IMG/VR virus record: IMGVR_UViG_3300035670_000008
Span: 152,564-216,563 of that record
DNA length: 64,000 bases
Direction: 5' to 3' (one strand)
This document shows positions 10,617 to 21,596 of the stretch, piece after piece (position 1 is the stretch's first letter; every line of letters starts with the position of its first letter). Below the pieces are notes generated by a model. It did no database searches. It worked only from the letters and a program-made list of their open reading frames with translations, and was not told where the DNA came from. Both the position numbers and the translations under genes were made by a program.

Positions 10617-11721
10617 GTTCACCGAGATTCAAGAAAGAACACTCTACAGTATGGCGCCGTTGCCAGTGTCTCCCTTTGCTCAGCGGGCTGGCTACACAAA
10701 CCAGAGTCGGTATAAGACTGATCGAGACCGGGTACTGAGTATTACTTTAGGTCAACTAGAGTTGGTCGGGCTGCAAGAGCGGTACTTGGATAGCTATAAC
10801 GAGACAGACCAACCCTCAGTGCTACAATATCGAGACTTGATGCTAGCGAAGGCAATTGAGGCCTCTCTGTATAACACGCAGTTTGTGAATGGGGTCAACG
10901 GGGAGCTGACCTGGCACGCAAAGAAGACCTGGAACTACTACAGCTACAATGACATCTGGGAATACATTATGCCTGGGGAGATAGTAGACTACCCCTATCT
11001 GTGGGCGGGGTTAGGGTGTCCAGCTTACTACTTCTACTACTCCAAACCCAACCCAGAAGAAGGTCTAATTCGCTCCTACGAACGGCTGCTCACTTTCTTC
11101 TGGGCGACCTTTGCTTGTAGCCACAACACTCAAACTCCCCGCCAACGACTCCAGTATTTAATCGATTCGATTGGTCTAACTTCAGTATTTCTTAAAGAGC
11201 TTAATCTTTATAACGACCGGCTGGTGCCAACCGCTTATATGAAACGGAATAACCTGCCGAAGTTAACCCAACTAAAGCCCGCGTTGTTATTAAATCAATA
11301 CGAGTCAGAATACTTCGCTATCGTCTTAGAAGATGTTGAATCTGACTTTAAAGACCAGTTCAGTAAAGCTACCAAAGCTATTCTCTCGATGGCAAAGCCA
11401 GGAGGCTTAAGCTATATAGCTCAATTCTTTATCGTGGAGGCATATCTCAAGATAGCCAAACTTCTAACCTTAGACCGTAGCTACGGTCAGCTCCCTTTAA
11501 CCACCTACCTAAACTTAAACACTTTAGACGTTATCTCTAACTGTCAGGCTGTCGTTAGGTTGTTGAGCTTAGCTAACGACGCCTATACCATTCTGAATTG
11601 GTACGATAACAAGAAGAACGAGTTTCTAGAAAAGAACTTGTTGTTGTGGTTAGCTAATACCCCCGACCAAACCTTAGCCTACGACTCCGAATACAGACTG
11701 ACTAACTTTGATGGCAACTAA
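10609..11721 (+). CDS. Hypothetical virion-module protein
   Basis: Long ORF; ATG at 10609 (MPKFTEIQ) preferred over the TTG at 10471 because it couples to the upstream stop. Confidence 0.65.
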   Translation: MPKFTEIQERTLYSMAPLPVSPFAQRAGYTNQSRYKTDRDRVLSITLGQLELVGLQERYLDSYNETDQPSVLQYRDLMLAKAIEASLYNTQFVNGVNGELTWHAKKTWNYYSYNDIWEYIMPGEIVDYPYLWAGLGCPAYYFYYSKPNPEEGLIRSYERLLTFFWATFACSHNTQTPRQRLQYLIDSIGLTSVFLKELNLYNDRLVPTAYMKRNNLPKLTQLKPALLLNQYESEYFAIVLEDVESDFKDQFSKATKAILSMAKPGGLSYIAQFFIVEAYLKIAKLLTLDRSYGQLPLTTYLNLNTLDVISNCQAVVRLLSLANDAYTILNWYDNKKNEFLEKNLLLWLANTPDQTLAYDSEYRLTNFDGN

Positions 11722-14110
11722 ATTTACCGACTACTCCGTCCAAAGCCTCACCAAAACAAAGCCAACGATTAGTGGCAGCTCCTACGACACGACGTATGTG
11801 CTAGAGACCAGCGCGGCGACAACGCCAGGCAGTCCGGTAACCGTGACTGTCAGGGCCTACCCGCCGGTCAGCGACCTTAGTCAGCTTAAACTCGAGGCAG
11901 CAAACCCAACACTACAAGCAGCCATGGTGGCTACTAAATTCGTTCAGACAGAGAAGCCTGGGGTTTATCAGGCATCTGTCACAGTCAGTAAAGCACTGGA
12001 GCAAGGGTTAGAGCTATACGTTAGAGACACTAAAGGAAACCTAAGTAACGGTTCAGTGGTGTCTACGGTAAGCGCGCCAAAAGCAGAGGCCTCAAACTAC
12101 AACAATCAAGTGGTGAGCACCCTAAACCAAACCTCTGCGATGTCAGACGCGTCAGAGTCAAACAAGGCAAAAGCGGGCACCTACGATGCGGCTCTGAAAA
12201 AGTTAGGGATGAGTGAGCCGACTAGCCGGAGCACCCAGACGACTAAAGGGAGAACTGGCGGGGCGGTGGAAACCGCGGTAGCTGGATACCGATCGCTAGC
12301 AGAGGCCCTCGCAGCCAACCATAAGTATGATGAGTTCAGCAAGCTCCGGGTGTGGGTAAACCTTTCTAAACCGAAGAACTACCGGATTAAACGGCTTAAC
12401 GAGTATCGAACCGCTCTAGATAACTGTATGGAGCGACTAGCCGTAGTGATGCAGAACTACGACTACGTCGAGGTGGGGAGTAGCGTCAAAGACCATACCA
12501 ACGCGGAGAACTCCAACGCGCTGTCGTTTCGCTTCAATGCTGGTACGTTCTTTGATGTGTATTCACCTGCGTCAGTCTTTAACACGGAGTATCTGATTCA
12601 ATACTCCACGCGGGGCACCTTTCGCCAAACTGCCATCGACCAGCTCAGCAGTTTCTATACCTGGCATCGGGCTCAGAACAATATGGTTCACCAGGCTCGA
12701 GATTACTTCAACTACTCAACTCAGCACTCCTTTCTGGGCGGCAATATCAACACGACTATCTACCGAGATAAGAAGGAGCGGTACGAGTATCTAGTGACCC
12801 AGATCGGGCAAGTTAAAGGCGGCGAGAAAGTAGAGGGTAAACTGAGAAGCGCTTCTAAGAAGACGGCTGAATTTAACGGGCAGTCCGCCCAGCTACCTAG
12901 TATGGGAGGAAGCGAAAGCGGTGGTATGGGCGGCGGGGGTTTTACAGTTGAGGGAGCTTCAGACGTAGCTACAGATACGACACTACCCACCAGCTCTGCG
13001 ACTGAAGCAGCTGAGCCTACTGACGGCGTAAAAGGAAGTGCTTCCGGTGAAGCCGAGACAGTTGCTCCTGATAAAGTCTCGAACTGGGACATCAGCGTTA
13101 AGAACGACTTTAATCTCCAGTCTGTAGTTGGAGGAATTATCCAGCAAGCGAAGGATTTATTCTTCCAGCAAGCCAAGGCAATTATTCTCAAAGCCTCCGA
13201 GAGCTTATTCTTAAAGTCCTCTAAGCATGTCTGCATAGAGGCTAAACAAGACCTATACCTGAAAGCCGGCGGCACTCTTTACATCAACGCTGACAACTTA
13301 GTTATCCGTACCGTCAGCGGTAACATCCAACGGCTGGTGGGCTACGCTGGCATCGATGAATACGTAGAGAAGAACGGCATAGACCTGCTCAAGAATGAGG
13401 ACGGCGACCCTTATAAAGACGAGAACGGGGACTATATTACGATGGCTGGAGATGAAGCCGTCTCCGTTAAAATGCCTACTCCACAGAAAGGGACTATCGT
13501 TGAGTTTCTGAAGCCAGGCCCTATCTATGTACCGACGCCCAAATTAGTGGAGGGAGACAATAGCCTCTTTACAGACTTCCTTAAAGACATGAATCTAGAC
13601 CCCATTACTAACCTCACAGACATCCTAGACGGCAGTGCGCTAAGCGATGCGTTAGGGGACTCTCTGCTGAGCACTTTTGGGGAAGGAGACCTTGGTAAGT
13701 TTATTACTGACGTAGCCACCAGCGGGCTAGAGCAAATGCTGGACGCAGGGTTAGACGCACTACCTGGCGCAGGAGAGTTGTTAGATACCGTAGGTGACAT
13801 TAACGACCAGCTCAATGCCTTCGTCGATGAACTAATCGAGATTAAGAAGAGTTCGGTGGAGGTCGTAGGGCCTGACCTTAGCTACATCGTCACCTATAAG
13901 CTTCCAGAAGCGCCAGCTACTGCTGTAATAACTTACCCTACGGAGCTACTGGACTACCCGAAAGTTTCAGTACCTAAGCCTGCTTCTACTGGCAGTAACG
14001 ACCTTAGAAATATGCCCGTGTTACCTAAGGCTCGAATCGAACCCCTCTGGCAGAACGGGGTAGATATGAACACACCAACTACCCCAGCAGAGGGAACTCA
14101 AGATGCCTAA
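11711..14110 (+). CDS. Structural protein with a gp5-C-like beta-helix segment (spike needle candidate)
   Basis: About 8-residue periodic strands IILKASESLFLKSSKHVCIEAKQDLYLKAGGTLYINADNLVIRT; position in the baseplate cluster. Confidence 0.5.
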   Translation: MATKFTDYSVQSLTKTKPTISGSSYDTTYVLETSAATTPGSPVTVTVRAYPPVSDLSQLKLEAANPTLQAAMVATKFVQTEKPGVYQASVTVSKALEQGLELYVRDTKGNLSNGSVVSTVSAPKAEASNYNNQVVSTLNQTSAMSDASESNKAKAGTYDAALKKLGMSEPTSRSTQTTKGRTGGAVETAVAGYRSLAEALAANHKYDEFSKLRVWVNLSKPKNYRIKRLNEYRTALDNCMERLAVVMQNYDYVEVGSSVKDHTNAENSNALSFRFNAGTFFDVYSPASVFNTEYLIQYSTRGTFRQTAIDQLSSFYTWHRAQNNMVHQARDYFNYSTQHSFLGGNINTTIYRDKKERYEYLVTQIGQVKGGEKVEGKLRSASKKTAEFNGQSAQLPSMGGSESGGMGGGGFTVEGASDVATDTTLPTSSATEAAEPTDGVKGSASGEAETVAPDKVSNWDISVKNDFNLQSVVGGIIQQAKDLFFQQAKAIILKASESLFLKSSKHVCIEAKQDLYLKAGGTLYINADNLVIRTVSGNIQRLVGYAGIDEYVEKNGIDLLKNEDGDPYKDENGDYITMAGDEAVSVKMPTPQKGTIVEFLKPGPIYVPTPKLVEGDNSLFTDFLKDMNLDPITNLTDILDGSALSDALGDSLLSTFGEGDLGKFITDVATSGLEQMLDAGLDALPGAGELLDTVGDINDQLNAFVDELIEIKKSSVEVVGPDLSYIVTYKLPEAPATAVITYPTELLDYPKVSVPKPASTGSNDLRNMPVLPKARIEPLWQNGVDMNTPTTPAEGTQDA

Positions 14111-14372
14111 CGACCTACCTTATTCTGAATTAGCAGCCAACTCAGCTAAGCCTCTATCAACCGAGTACAAAGTCATTAAGCAAGACCGGAGTGTTGTTAC
14201 GGTAGTTCCACTGCGACCTCCTGCTGCTCAACTAACAGAGGGTCAGATTCTACAGTTCACGGATGAACTATCTGGGGTTGTGAAAAGACAGACTGCTACT
14301 AATACTTATGAAGTTCTACTACCCTTAGAAAGACCCGTCGTTACAGGGTCTCTGAAACGTCTAAGTTTGTAG
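14103..14372 (+). CDS. Small hypothetical baseplate-cluster protein
   Basis: 89-aa ORF overlapping the upstream stop. Confidence 0.55.
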   Translation: MPNDLPYSELAANSAKPLSTEYKVIKQDRSVVTVVPLRPPAAQLTEGQILQFTDELSGVVKRQTATNTYEVLLPLERPVVTGSLKRLSL

Positions 14373-14397
14373 TAGAACCTTAGAGCTAATTGAGTGT

Positions 14398-14913
14398 ATG
14401 ACCGCCTTAAAGAAGAGACTAGACTTATACGATGACGCGATTGGGGCGGACGTAGTTATAAGTTCAAACCGAGACTTACTCTTAGACGCCCAGGATGGTG
14501 ACTTAGCAACCGTAACTGGCTCGGCTGTCTTGGATATGGCTTTAAGGCGGCGGCTGTCCACTCCACTTAATGGGTACGCCCGGGTCGTCAAAACCAGTCG
14601 AGGATACGAGTATTTAGATGCTAGCTACGGCAGCCGTCTCTCTAACTTCCTTTCCGCCCCACTAACTGACCTCTCTCTACAAGAAGCAGTAGCCGCAGTC
14701 GAACAAGACGTAGTCAAAGATAATCGAGTCGCTGTCGCCCGTGGGGATGTGAATGAAGTCCAGCAGAATGGTTACACTATCGAGCTGTACTTCGCACCAA
14801 AGTCAATTAACGAAATTAAAGCTCAAGACAACACCGCTGGTAGCTACGCTCAGGACTCTGTATTCAATGCTCAAGTAGCAACTAATTATTCTTTAATCAT
14901 TCCTTTGTATTAA
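14398..14913 (+). CDS. Baseplate wedge protein, gp25/gpW-like
   Basis: DGDLATVTG...ALRRRLSTP...YGSRL...DNRV; directly upstream of a J-like gene. Confidence 0.8.
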   Translation: MTALKKRLDLYDDAIGADVVISSNRDLLLDAQDGDLATVTGSAVLDMALRRRLSTPLNGYARVVKTSRGYEYLDASYGSRLSNFLSAPLTDLSLQEAVAAVEQDVVKDNRVAVARGDVNEVQQNGYTIELYFAPKSINEIKAQDNTAGSYAQDSVFNAQVATNYSLIIPLY

Positions 14914-14914
14914 G

Positions 14915-15991
14915 ATGGCCTACACCCCTAAGACCATAGATGATGTTCAACAAGCCTACTTCCAAGCGTTAGCCGACGCCAACAGTCAGATTAGGATTGA
15001 TAAAACTCAGGGGTCGGTAGCCTATACCCTGGGACGGGCCTCCGCGGCAATCGCAGTACTTCAAGACCTAGAGCTTAAGCGGTTAGCAGACTCAATTAAT
15101 CTCTCAACTGCAGCGGGAGACCAGCTAGACTCTTTTAGCAGTTTTGGTATACGTCGGCTGCCTGCACAGTTCGCAACTGGGACAGTGTTGTGTCTATCCG
15201 AAGAAGAGCCGGCGGTCTTACAACCTAGAACGATTCTGACAGACATCTCGACCGGGTCTCAGTTTGTCACTAAGAACACTACCCCAATTATCGTCAGTTA
15301 CCTAGAAGTCTCCATTGCAATCACAGCGGTATCTACCGGGGCTGCCTATAACCTTTCGGCGGGCACGGTACTTTATGCAGCTGGACTGCCATATTTAAAG
15401 GCAACCGTGGGTACGATTCATACCCAGGAGAACGAGTATCTAGGTAGCTTGACGGGCGGCTCTTCTAGAGAAGACGACGATGCTTTCCGAAATCGGATTG
15501 CCAGTTGGCTGCTTAGCCACACTACAGCCAGTAAAGGCGTGGTTATTAACCGGCTGCTGTCCTTCCCTGGGGTTACCAGAGCCTATAGCTATACCAAAGC
15601 AGGTGGTGTTATTGAAATCTGGGTCGACTCGATTCAAACACTCAACGCTTCCCAGAAGTTGGAGCTGGTGAATTATCTCAAGCCTTATATCTCAGACGGG
15701 ATTATTGTTGCGCTCTCGCAGCTAACAACTGTCCCCGCCAATCTGGAGATAGACTTGATTCCGTTTTCAGCCGCGGATATGGCTGTGGTAGCCGCCCGGG
15801 TGCGTCAAGTAATTACTCAAGTAATCAGTCAACTAGAGGTCGGACAGACGCTGGCGCTTTCTGTCATCAATGAAGTTATTAAACCACTGGCGGCTAAAGC
15901 CATTGTTACCCAACCTAAGGCTGACATCATCTGTGGGTTGGGAGAAATACTAATCCCAGGCGAGATTATTGTCCGATACCCCATTAACTAA
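14915..15991 (+). CDS. Baseplate J-like wedge protein
   Basis: LSTAAGDQLD...GIRRLPAQFATG...AVSTGAAYN...GGSSREDDDAFRNRI...FPGVTRA. Confidence 0.88.
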   Translation: MAYTPKTIDDVQQAYFQALADANSQIRIDKTQGSVAYTLGRASAAIAVLQDLELKRLADSINLSTAAGDQLDSFSSFGIRRLPAQFATGTVLCLSEEEPAVLQPRTILTDISTGSQFVTKNTTPIIVSYLEVSIAITAVSTGAAYNLSAGTVLYAAGLPYLKATVGTIHTQENEYLGSLTGGSSREDDDAFRNRIASWLLSHTTASKGVVINRLLSFPGVTRAYSYTKAGGVIEIWVDSIQTLNASQKLELVNYLKPYISDGIIVALSQLTTVPANLEIDLIPFSAADMAVVAARVRQVITQVISQLEVGQTLALSVINEVIKPLAAKAIVTQPKADIICGLGEILIPGEIIVRYPIN

Positions 15992-15992
15992 A

Positions 15993-18569
15993 ATGTTTGA
16001 CTTAGATAATCGAAAGTTTCTAGAACTATCGCCCCTGTCCTACCATGAGGTGCTGTTAACCCACGCTGGGCAGATGGATTTATCTATAGCGGACTGCCTG
16101 TTCTTGGATTGGGACTTAACCACATTTGACCCTGACCTACCAGCTCGTTCAGTTACCTACGCTTACTTTAAGCAGCCCAACCAAGCAATCAAAATAGATT
16201 ATGCACCCTACAAAACAAACCTACGTTTGTCTCAGCCCGTTCGTCTATCCAGCAAAGCTCGGTTAAGCTCCTCTGTAGCCGCAGAGAACTATATTGTCGT
16301 CACGAACGCCGATGAGTCAGAGGTAGAGACCCGCTACGCTGTCTACCGTGAGCCAGAAGACTATAATCTCTTTACCTACAGCCGTCGTACCTCAATCGCC
16401 AGCGGGGTAGCTGAGTACATCTATCGAGATACTCAGACTGCTGAGGGTTTATTAACCTTAAAGACGATTAATAAGTTGCCCATCAGCAAAGCCTACACTT
16501 ACCTACTTAATGACGTTACAGCAGCAACTTATACTCAAGGCGCGCGGTACCAGGCATTATCTAAGCTTTACCAATCTGACGTTAGAGATGGGTTAGTCCC
16601 CAGCAGCAAAGTCCATGTTGATATGGGCTACAAGAACCCAGCTAACGTCGCCTGGGCGCTCTTCTACGCCTGCGCGGCTCAAGCAGACTTATATGTCCTT
16701 TTAATCCTACGGGGTTTGGTGGAAGAAGCTTTTCGGCGTGGCTACATCATTCGATTGGCAGAAGGGGAAATCGATATTAACCCAAACGCCTACTGGGGCT
16801 TTGAGCCTAGTTTTCTGCCCGGAGCCGCACAAGATGACTCTTTAAGAATCATCTCTGATAACGCCCTCCTAGGTTGGTCAGTCTGTTGCGCCATCCGTTA
16901 TCTACAAGACCGGCGACCGTTAGATTCAAATTTAATCATCGGGAAATATACAGACTTTGACGTGGCTTTAAAACAGTTCGTAAAGTCCATTGGCTTTCTT
17001 TGTGCCTACGCGGTATCCCCCGTTATCTGGTGGTCTTGCGAGCGATTTGAGTCCGGTGCTTTTAACTACGAGGCGGTCTCTCTTAAGGCGTCTTATTTAA
17101 CTGATATCTTCCTTAACGAGCTGCTTCAGATAACCTACGAGCCATTTATTCACAGCCAAGCCGCCCGGCTGCACGAAACGATTAGCTACAGCCCGGATGA
17201 CTTAACAAACGGCTTTTATACTGGGTTTGTAGACAACTCTCCTGATGCCCAAGTCTATCGTCTGTATTGGTATTGGAAGTATAACGAGCAGGTTCTGTCA
17301 GACCTTCTTGCTGAGTATATTCCCGGCGGGGTTAATGACTCCTACATTGCTTATTTATATTTAGCCACAGGGGAGACCCTCCCAGATTGGTTAGAGACTT
17401 TCTTAGATAGTAAACAGGATGTTATCTCCCCTGAGGAAGTAGACTCCCTTTACGACCTAGACTCACTTAGTTACCTGCCACTCTGTACTGGTGTGAGGGA
17501 GTATGCGATTAAAAGCTCTACTAACTTCTACTACTATGCTCACGAAGCTTCAGCCAAGGTTAGTTATTTACTGAGCGAGCTACGGCGGCTTTGGCCGGTA
17601 GGTTCTCAGTGGACTAACCTAGAGACGCTAATGACGGTCACCAGCGTCTTAGGGTCGATGCTCTACGCTGAAGCTAGTCTTTACTACGACTTCTACCTTC
17701 TGTATTTTCTAATCCGAGACGGATTATCGTTAGACCGTGCTCAAGGTGATCAAGCCTACGCGTGGGTGGACTTATTCCTAAGACCCAAGTCGATGACGAC
17801 AGATAAGTTCATTGCCGCCTTGGTATACGACTACTTAAATCGAGAGATTAATACCCACTCAGACCTGGAAGTGTTCCTGAGGGAATTCTTTAACCGACCG
17901 GAGTTAACGCTTAGCCATCCAACACCAAAACCCTACTCAGTCCTTAAAGACCCTTATCTAGTAGAGGATGACTTCTGGAACTACACTGCCGAGGTTAATG
18001 AGTTTAATACCTCGTACTTTACCGAGGTTGAAAACCGCTCTATTATTCACAAGCCCGGCTCGATTGTAGACACCTCAGAACTTTATACAATCGATACAGA
18101 CGACCGAGTGAATGCCTATGGTGGTTATGTCGAGCGGGTCGTCCCAGGCTTTCCCTACCGTAATTGCTTAGTGAGCTTCAATACCTTTAACTGCTCTGAT
18201 ACCATCCCGGTTAACTCTGAGTATTACGATATGCCGGTAACGGAGCGGCTTATGTACCGACCTTACCTATCAATCTCTGACCCAGACGCGCCTGAATGTA
18301 GCTACGACTATTGGTACAACCCAGACCTGTATGTTCTAGACGGGCCTTCAATGCTGAAGCCGTTAGACCTGTACGTCCCCAAATCCACCATCGACCTTAA
18401 TGGCCCTCTCTGTCCGTATTTAACAGAGGTGCTCCATAGCACAATGCCCGCCGGGCTTAGCTATAAAGTCTTAGCGACTAATTACTATATTGAAGTTAGG
18501 AACAAAGTCGTTACCGACATCTGGTTCTTTGACGACGCCGACGTATTGGAAAACACCGTCTTTACATAA
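15993..18569 (+). CDS. Large baseplate/tail protein (possible gpI-like wedge domain in the C-terminal half)
   Basis: Follows the J-like gene; LRRLWPVG...W and terminal MPAGLSYKV resemble gpI-type wedge proteins; ATG at 15993 preferred. Confidence 0.5.
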   Translation: MFDLDNRKFLELSPLSYHEVLLTHAGQMDLSIADCLFLDWDLTTFDPDLPARSVTYAYFKQPNQAIKIDYAPYKTNLRLSQPVRLSSKARLSSSVAAENYIVVTNADESEVETRYAVYREPEDYNLFTYSRRTSIASGVAEYIYRDTQTAEGLLTLKTINKLPISKAYTYLLNDVTAATYTQGARYQALSKLYQSDVRDGLVPSSKVHVDMGYKNPANVAWALFYACAAQADLYVLLILRGLVEEAFRRGYIIRLAEGEIDINPNAYWGFEPSFLPGAAQDDSLRIISDNALLGWSVCCAIRYLQDRRPLDSNLIIGKYTDFDVALKQFVKSIGFLCAYAVSPVIWWSCERFESGAFNYEAVSLKASYLTDIFLNELLQITYEPFIHSQAARLHETISYSPDDLTNGFYTGFVDNSPDAQVYRLYWYWKYNEQVLSDLLAEYIPGGVNDSYIAYLYLATGETLPDWLETFLDSKQDVISPEEVDSLYDLDSLSYLPLCTGVREYAIKSSTNFYYYAHEASAKVSYLLSELRRLWPVGSQWTNLETLMTVTSVLGSMLYAEASLYYDFYLLYFLIRDGLSLDRAQGDQAYAWVDLFLRPKSMTTDKFIAALVYDYLNREINTHSDLEVFLREFFNRPELTLSHPTPKPYSVLKDPYLVEDDFWNYTAEVNEFNTSYFTEVENRSIIHKPGSIVDTSELYTIDTDDRVNAYGGYVERVVPGFPYRNCLVSFNTFNCSDTIPVNSEYYDMPVTERLMYRPYLSISDPDAPECSYDYWYNPDLYVLDGPSMLKPLDLYVPKSTIDLNGPLCPYLTEVLHSTMPAGLSYKVLATNYYIEVRNKVVTDIWFFDDADVLENTVFT

Positions 18570-18572
18570 ACT

Positions 18573-21500
18573 ATGACTGTATCAGAAGACTACGAAGCGT
18601 TAAGAATACCAGTATTAGAAGGTATTAACGATGACCCCCAAGAGCCTAACTATTTAGACAACGGGCGGGGGTGTAATGGTTCTTACTATGTGCAACGCTA
18701 CAACGCACTGATTGATATTCTTAAGACGATTCCTGAAGGCCCTCCAGGTATCCAAGGGGAGCAGGGTATCCAAGGGGAGCAGGGTATCCAAGGTATTCAA
18801 GGTGAAGTTGGGCCAGAAGGCCCGCAAGGGGAGCAGGGTATAGCCGGTATTACTTGGCGAACCGGAGATGGTGCCCCGGATGACTCCTTGGGAGTAGACA
18901 ACGACTTGTATTTAGACTTGTTAACTGGGGATGTTTACAAGCGAATTAGCGGGGTTTACTACATCGTTCTTAATCTTATCGGGCCGGCTGGCCCAGAAGG
19001 GCCCCAAGGCGACCCTGGGTTAGACGGCTTGGATGGGATTGATGGCGCCACCATTCGCGTGGGTACCACCACTCCCGATAATGCTTTAGGGGAGAACGGG
19101 GATTACTATATTGTTTCTACGTCAGGTGACTTACATTTTAAGGACGGGGGTGCTTACTCAGTTGTAGCTAATCTGAGGGGGCCTCAAGGCGTTCAAGGTA
19201 TCCAAGGGGAGCAGGGTGTCCAAGGCGAGCCTGGAACTTCTATTACGGTCGTCGGAACGCTTACGGACGTAGGCGACCTTCCAGTAAGCTCTACGATCGG
19301 CAGCACCTACTTAGTTGGTGGAGAAGGCGGCGACCTTTATGTCTGGAGTGAAAACAGCACTTGGGTAAACCTAGGCCCGTTCCAAGGACCGCAAGGTATA
19401 CAAGGTGAGCAGGGTATACAAGGTATACAAGGTGAGCAGGGTATACAAGGTGAGCAGGGTATACAAGGTGAGCAAGGTCCTTCTGGAAACGTTTGGCGAA
19501 GCGGGCCTACCAACCCCTCTAATGACACTGGAGTAGATAACGACTACTACGTTAATACCACCAGCGGGGACGTCTTTAAGCGTATTGCTGGCACCTACGT
19601 TCTACAAGGCAACATTAAAGGGCCTATTGGCGACCCTGGCCCCCAAGGTGACCCTGGCGACCAAGGACCCCAAGGCCCCATCGGGGTAGCAGGAACTGTT
19701 TGGCGGAGTGCGGCTGGCGCTCCTAGTAATACCTTAGGAGTTGATGGCGACTACTATTTGAATACTTCTACCGGAGAAGTTTTAAGACGAACATCCGGTG
19801 TTTATGTATCACAAGGTAACATTAAAGGCCCTGTCGGCGACCAGGGTGTTCAAGGGCCTGAAGGTGTCGCTGGCCCTCAAGGCAACACTGGTATTCAAGG
19901 GCCAACCGGGCCTGCCGGGGATAAAGCCGGGGTCAAATATTACTACTCGTCTACCACAACAGATGCAGACCCCGGAAACGGAACGTTTCGCTTTAGCTCT
20001 ACTACCTTAGGAGCAATTACCTACCTTTATATTGACAACGCAGACTTTAATAATACTAACCAGACGCCTTGGTACAACGCCTGGGACGACTCTACCTCTA
20101 CTATCAAAGGCCAGCTTTATATTACAGGTAACACTGGCGGTAGCGCGGCAATGGCAGTGTTTAATATCACTGGGGATGTTATTATCTCCTCTGGTTACTA
20201 CAAAGTTCCAGTTTTAAACGTCACCGGTACTCTACCCGCTAATGGGGAGGTCTGCACGATTACTTTTGTACCTGCAGGCTACAAAGGCGACCAAGGTATT
20301 CAAGGTATTCAAGGTATTCAGGGAGAGACAGGCACTCAAGGGCTCCAAGGTAATCCGGGGGATAACGGAGCTACCGGCCCAGCTGGCCCAACAGGAGATA
20401 AAGGGGGTATTAAATATGTCTACTCCACGACGACCACAGACGCTGACCCTGGCAGTGGAATATTCCGGCTGAACAATTCGACGGTGAGTAGCGTCACCTT
20501 TATTTATATTGATAACGTTGACTCAGGTGGGGTCTCCCGAACAAACTGGTATGACACCTGGGACGACTCAACTTCCACAACCAAAGGGCAGCTCTACATT
20601 GCGGCTAACTCATCTAGTAACGCAACTCAATTGGTCTATAACGTTACTGCGATTACTGTAGCTAGTGGTTACTACAAGATAGCCGTCAGCTACGTTAGTG
20701 GGGTTAACACTTTATCGAATAGCGACGCTTGTACTTTAACCTTTGTGCCTACTGGAGCAAAAGGAGACCCGGGCCCCCAAGGGACTCAAGGGATTGACGG
20801 CCCTCCTGGTGACGGCGGTTACCGAGTTGGTCTACGGTATAACTTTTCTACTACGACTAACGCGACCGGAATCGCAGCGGGAACGATTCGGTACAACAGC
20901 TCAACAGTAAGCTCTGTAACAGTACTGTTCATTGCTAATACCGACGTTATGGGGCTTACCCAGAATACTTGGTTAGCGGGGTTAGACGACTCTACAAACA
21001 CTGGGAACCGGGGTCTCATCACCATCATGGGAGCCGACCCGACTAGCGCTACCGCGACGGTTTTCAAGGTAACAGGTTCAGCTACTGTTTTCTCTACCTA
21101 CACTTCTGTCGTAGTTACTTACGTTTCTGGAACTCGACCGGCGGACTCGCATGCTTTAGCCGTTCAGTTCAGCCCCTCTGGGGATCTTGGTCCGGTGGGC
21201 CCAGCTGGTGACGACGGAGCTACTGGCCCTGAGGGCCCTGCCGGCCCGGCAGGAACTACTGGCGCCACCGGGGCTGACGGCGGCTGGCAGAGTGCTCAAA
21301 CGATAACTACCTTCACAGCTAGCGGTAACTTAACATCTTCCCACGTTGGGCATTTAGTAAGAAGTAACACGGCTTCAAACATTACATTAACCATTACTCA
21401 ATTCACCCCAACTACAGGGGTTCATATTGACTTAATGCGTTATGGCACCGGCGGGCTGACGATTGCAGCTGCGTCCGGGGTAACAATTCGGAGTGTAGCT

Positions 21501-21593
21501 AGCTATAGAGGACTTAACTTCCAGTATTCCTGTGCGTCTTTAGTCCACTTAGGAAGTAACGAATGGTTATTGGCGGGAGACCTTAAAGCGTAG
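18573..21593 (+). CDS. Collagen-like tail fibre protein
   Basis: Multiple Gly-X-Y runs separated by repeated globular modules: WRxGxxxP...GVDxDYY...TGDV (x4) and [13 protein letters not shown]...DDST..KG (x3). Confidence 0.85.
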   Translation: MTVSEDYEALRIPVLEGINDDPQEPNYLDNGRGCNGSYYVQRYNALIDILKTIPEGPPGIQGEQGIQGEQGIQGIQGEVGPEGPQGEQGIAGITWRTGDGAPDDSLGVDNDLYLDLLTGDVYKRISGVYYIVLNLIGPAGPEGPQGDPGLDGLDGIDGATIRVGTTTPDNALGENGDYYIVSTSGDLHFKDGGAYSVVANLRGPQGVQGIQGEQGVQGEPGTSITVVGTLTDVGDLPVSSTIGSTYLVGGEGGDLYVWSENSTWVNLGPFQGPQGIQGEQGIQGIQGEQGIQGEQGIQGEQGPSGNVWRSGPTNPSNDTGVDNDYYVNTTSGDVFKRIAGTYVLQGNIKGPIGDPGPQGDPGDQGPQGPIGVAGTVWRSAAGAPSNTLGVDGDYYLNTSTGEVLRRTSGVYVSQGNIKGPVGDQGVQGPEGVAGPQGNTGIQGPTGPAGDKAGVKYYYSSTTTDADPGNGTFRFSSTTLGAITYLYIDNADFNNTNQTPWYNAWDDSTSTIKGQLYITGNTGGSAAMAVFNITGDVIISSGYYKVPVLNVTGTLPANGEVCTITFVPAGYKGDQGIQGIQGIQGETGTQGLQGNPGDNGATGPAGPTGDKGGIKYVYSTTTTDADPGSGIFRLNNSTVSSVTFIYIDNVDSGGVSRTNWYDTWDDSTSTTKGQLYIAANSSSNATQLVYNVTAITVASGYYKIAVSYVSGVNTLSNSDACTLTFVPTGAKGDPGPQGTQGIDGPPGDGGYRVGLRYNFSTTTNATGIAAGTIRYNSSTVSSVTVLFIANTDVMGLTQNTWLAGLDDSTNTGNRGLITIMGADPTSATATVFKVTGSATVFSTYTSVVVTYVSGTRPADSHALAVQFSPSGDLGPVGPAGDDGATGPEGPAGPAGTTGATGADGGWQSAQTITTFTASGNLTSSHVGHLVRSNTASNITLTITQFTPTTGVHIDLMRYGTGGLTIAAASGVTIRSVASYRGLNFQYSCASLVHLGSNEWLLAGDLKA
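19392..19478 (+). repeat. Tandem 9/18-bp repeats encoding GIQGEQ collagen triplets
   Basis: Repeated GGTATACAAGGTGAGCAG units; a related GGTATCCAAGGGGAGCAG repeat lies at about 18747-18795. Confidence 0.85.
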
Positions 21594-21596
21594 ACT

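Noticed and set aside
18740-21290. Short DNA repeats as a CRISPR array
   Set aside because: They are in-frame collagen Gly-X-Y codon repeats without unique spacers.
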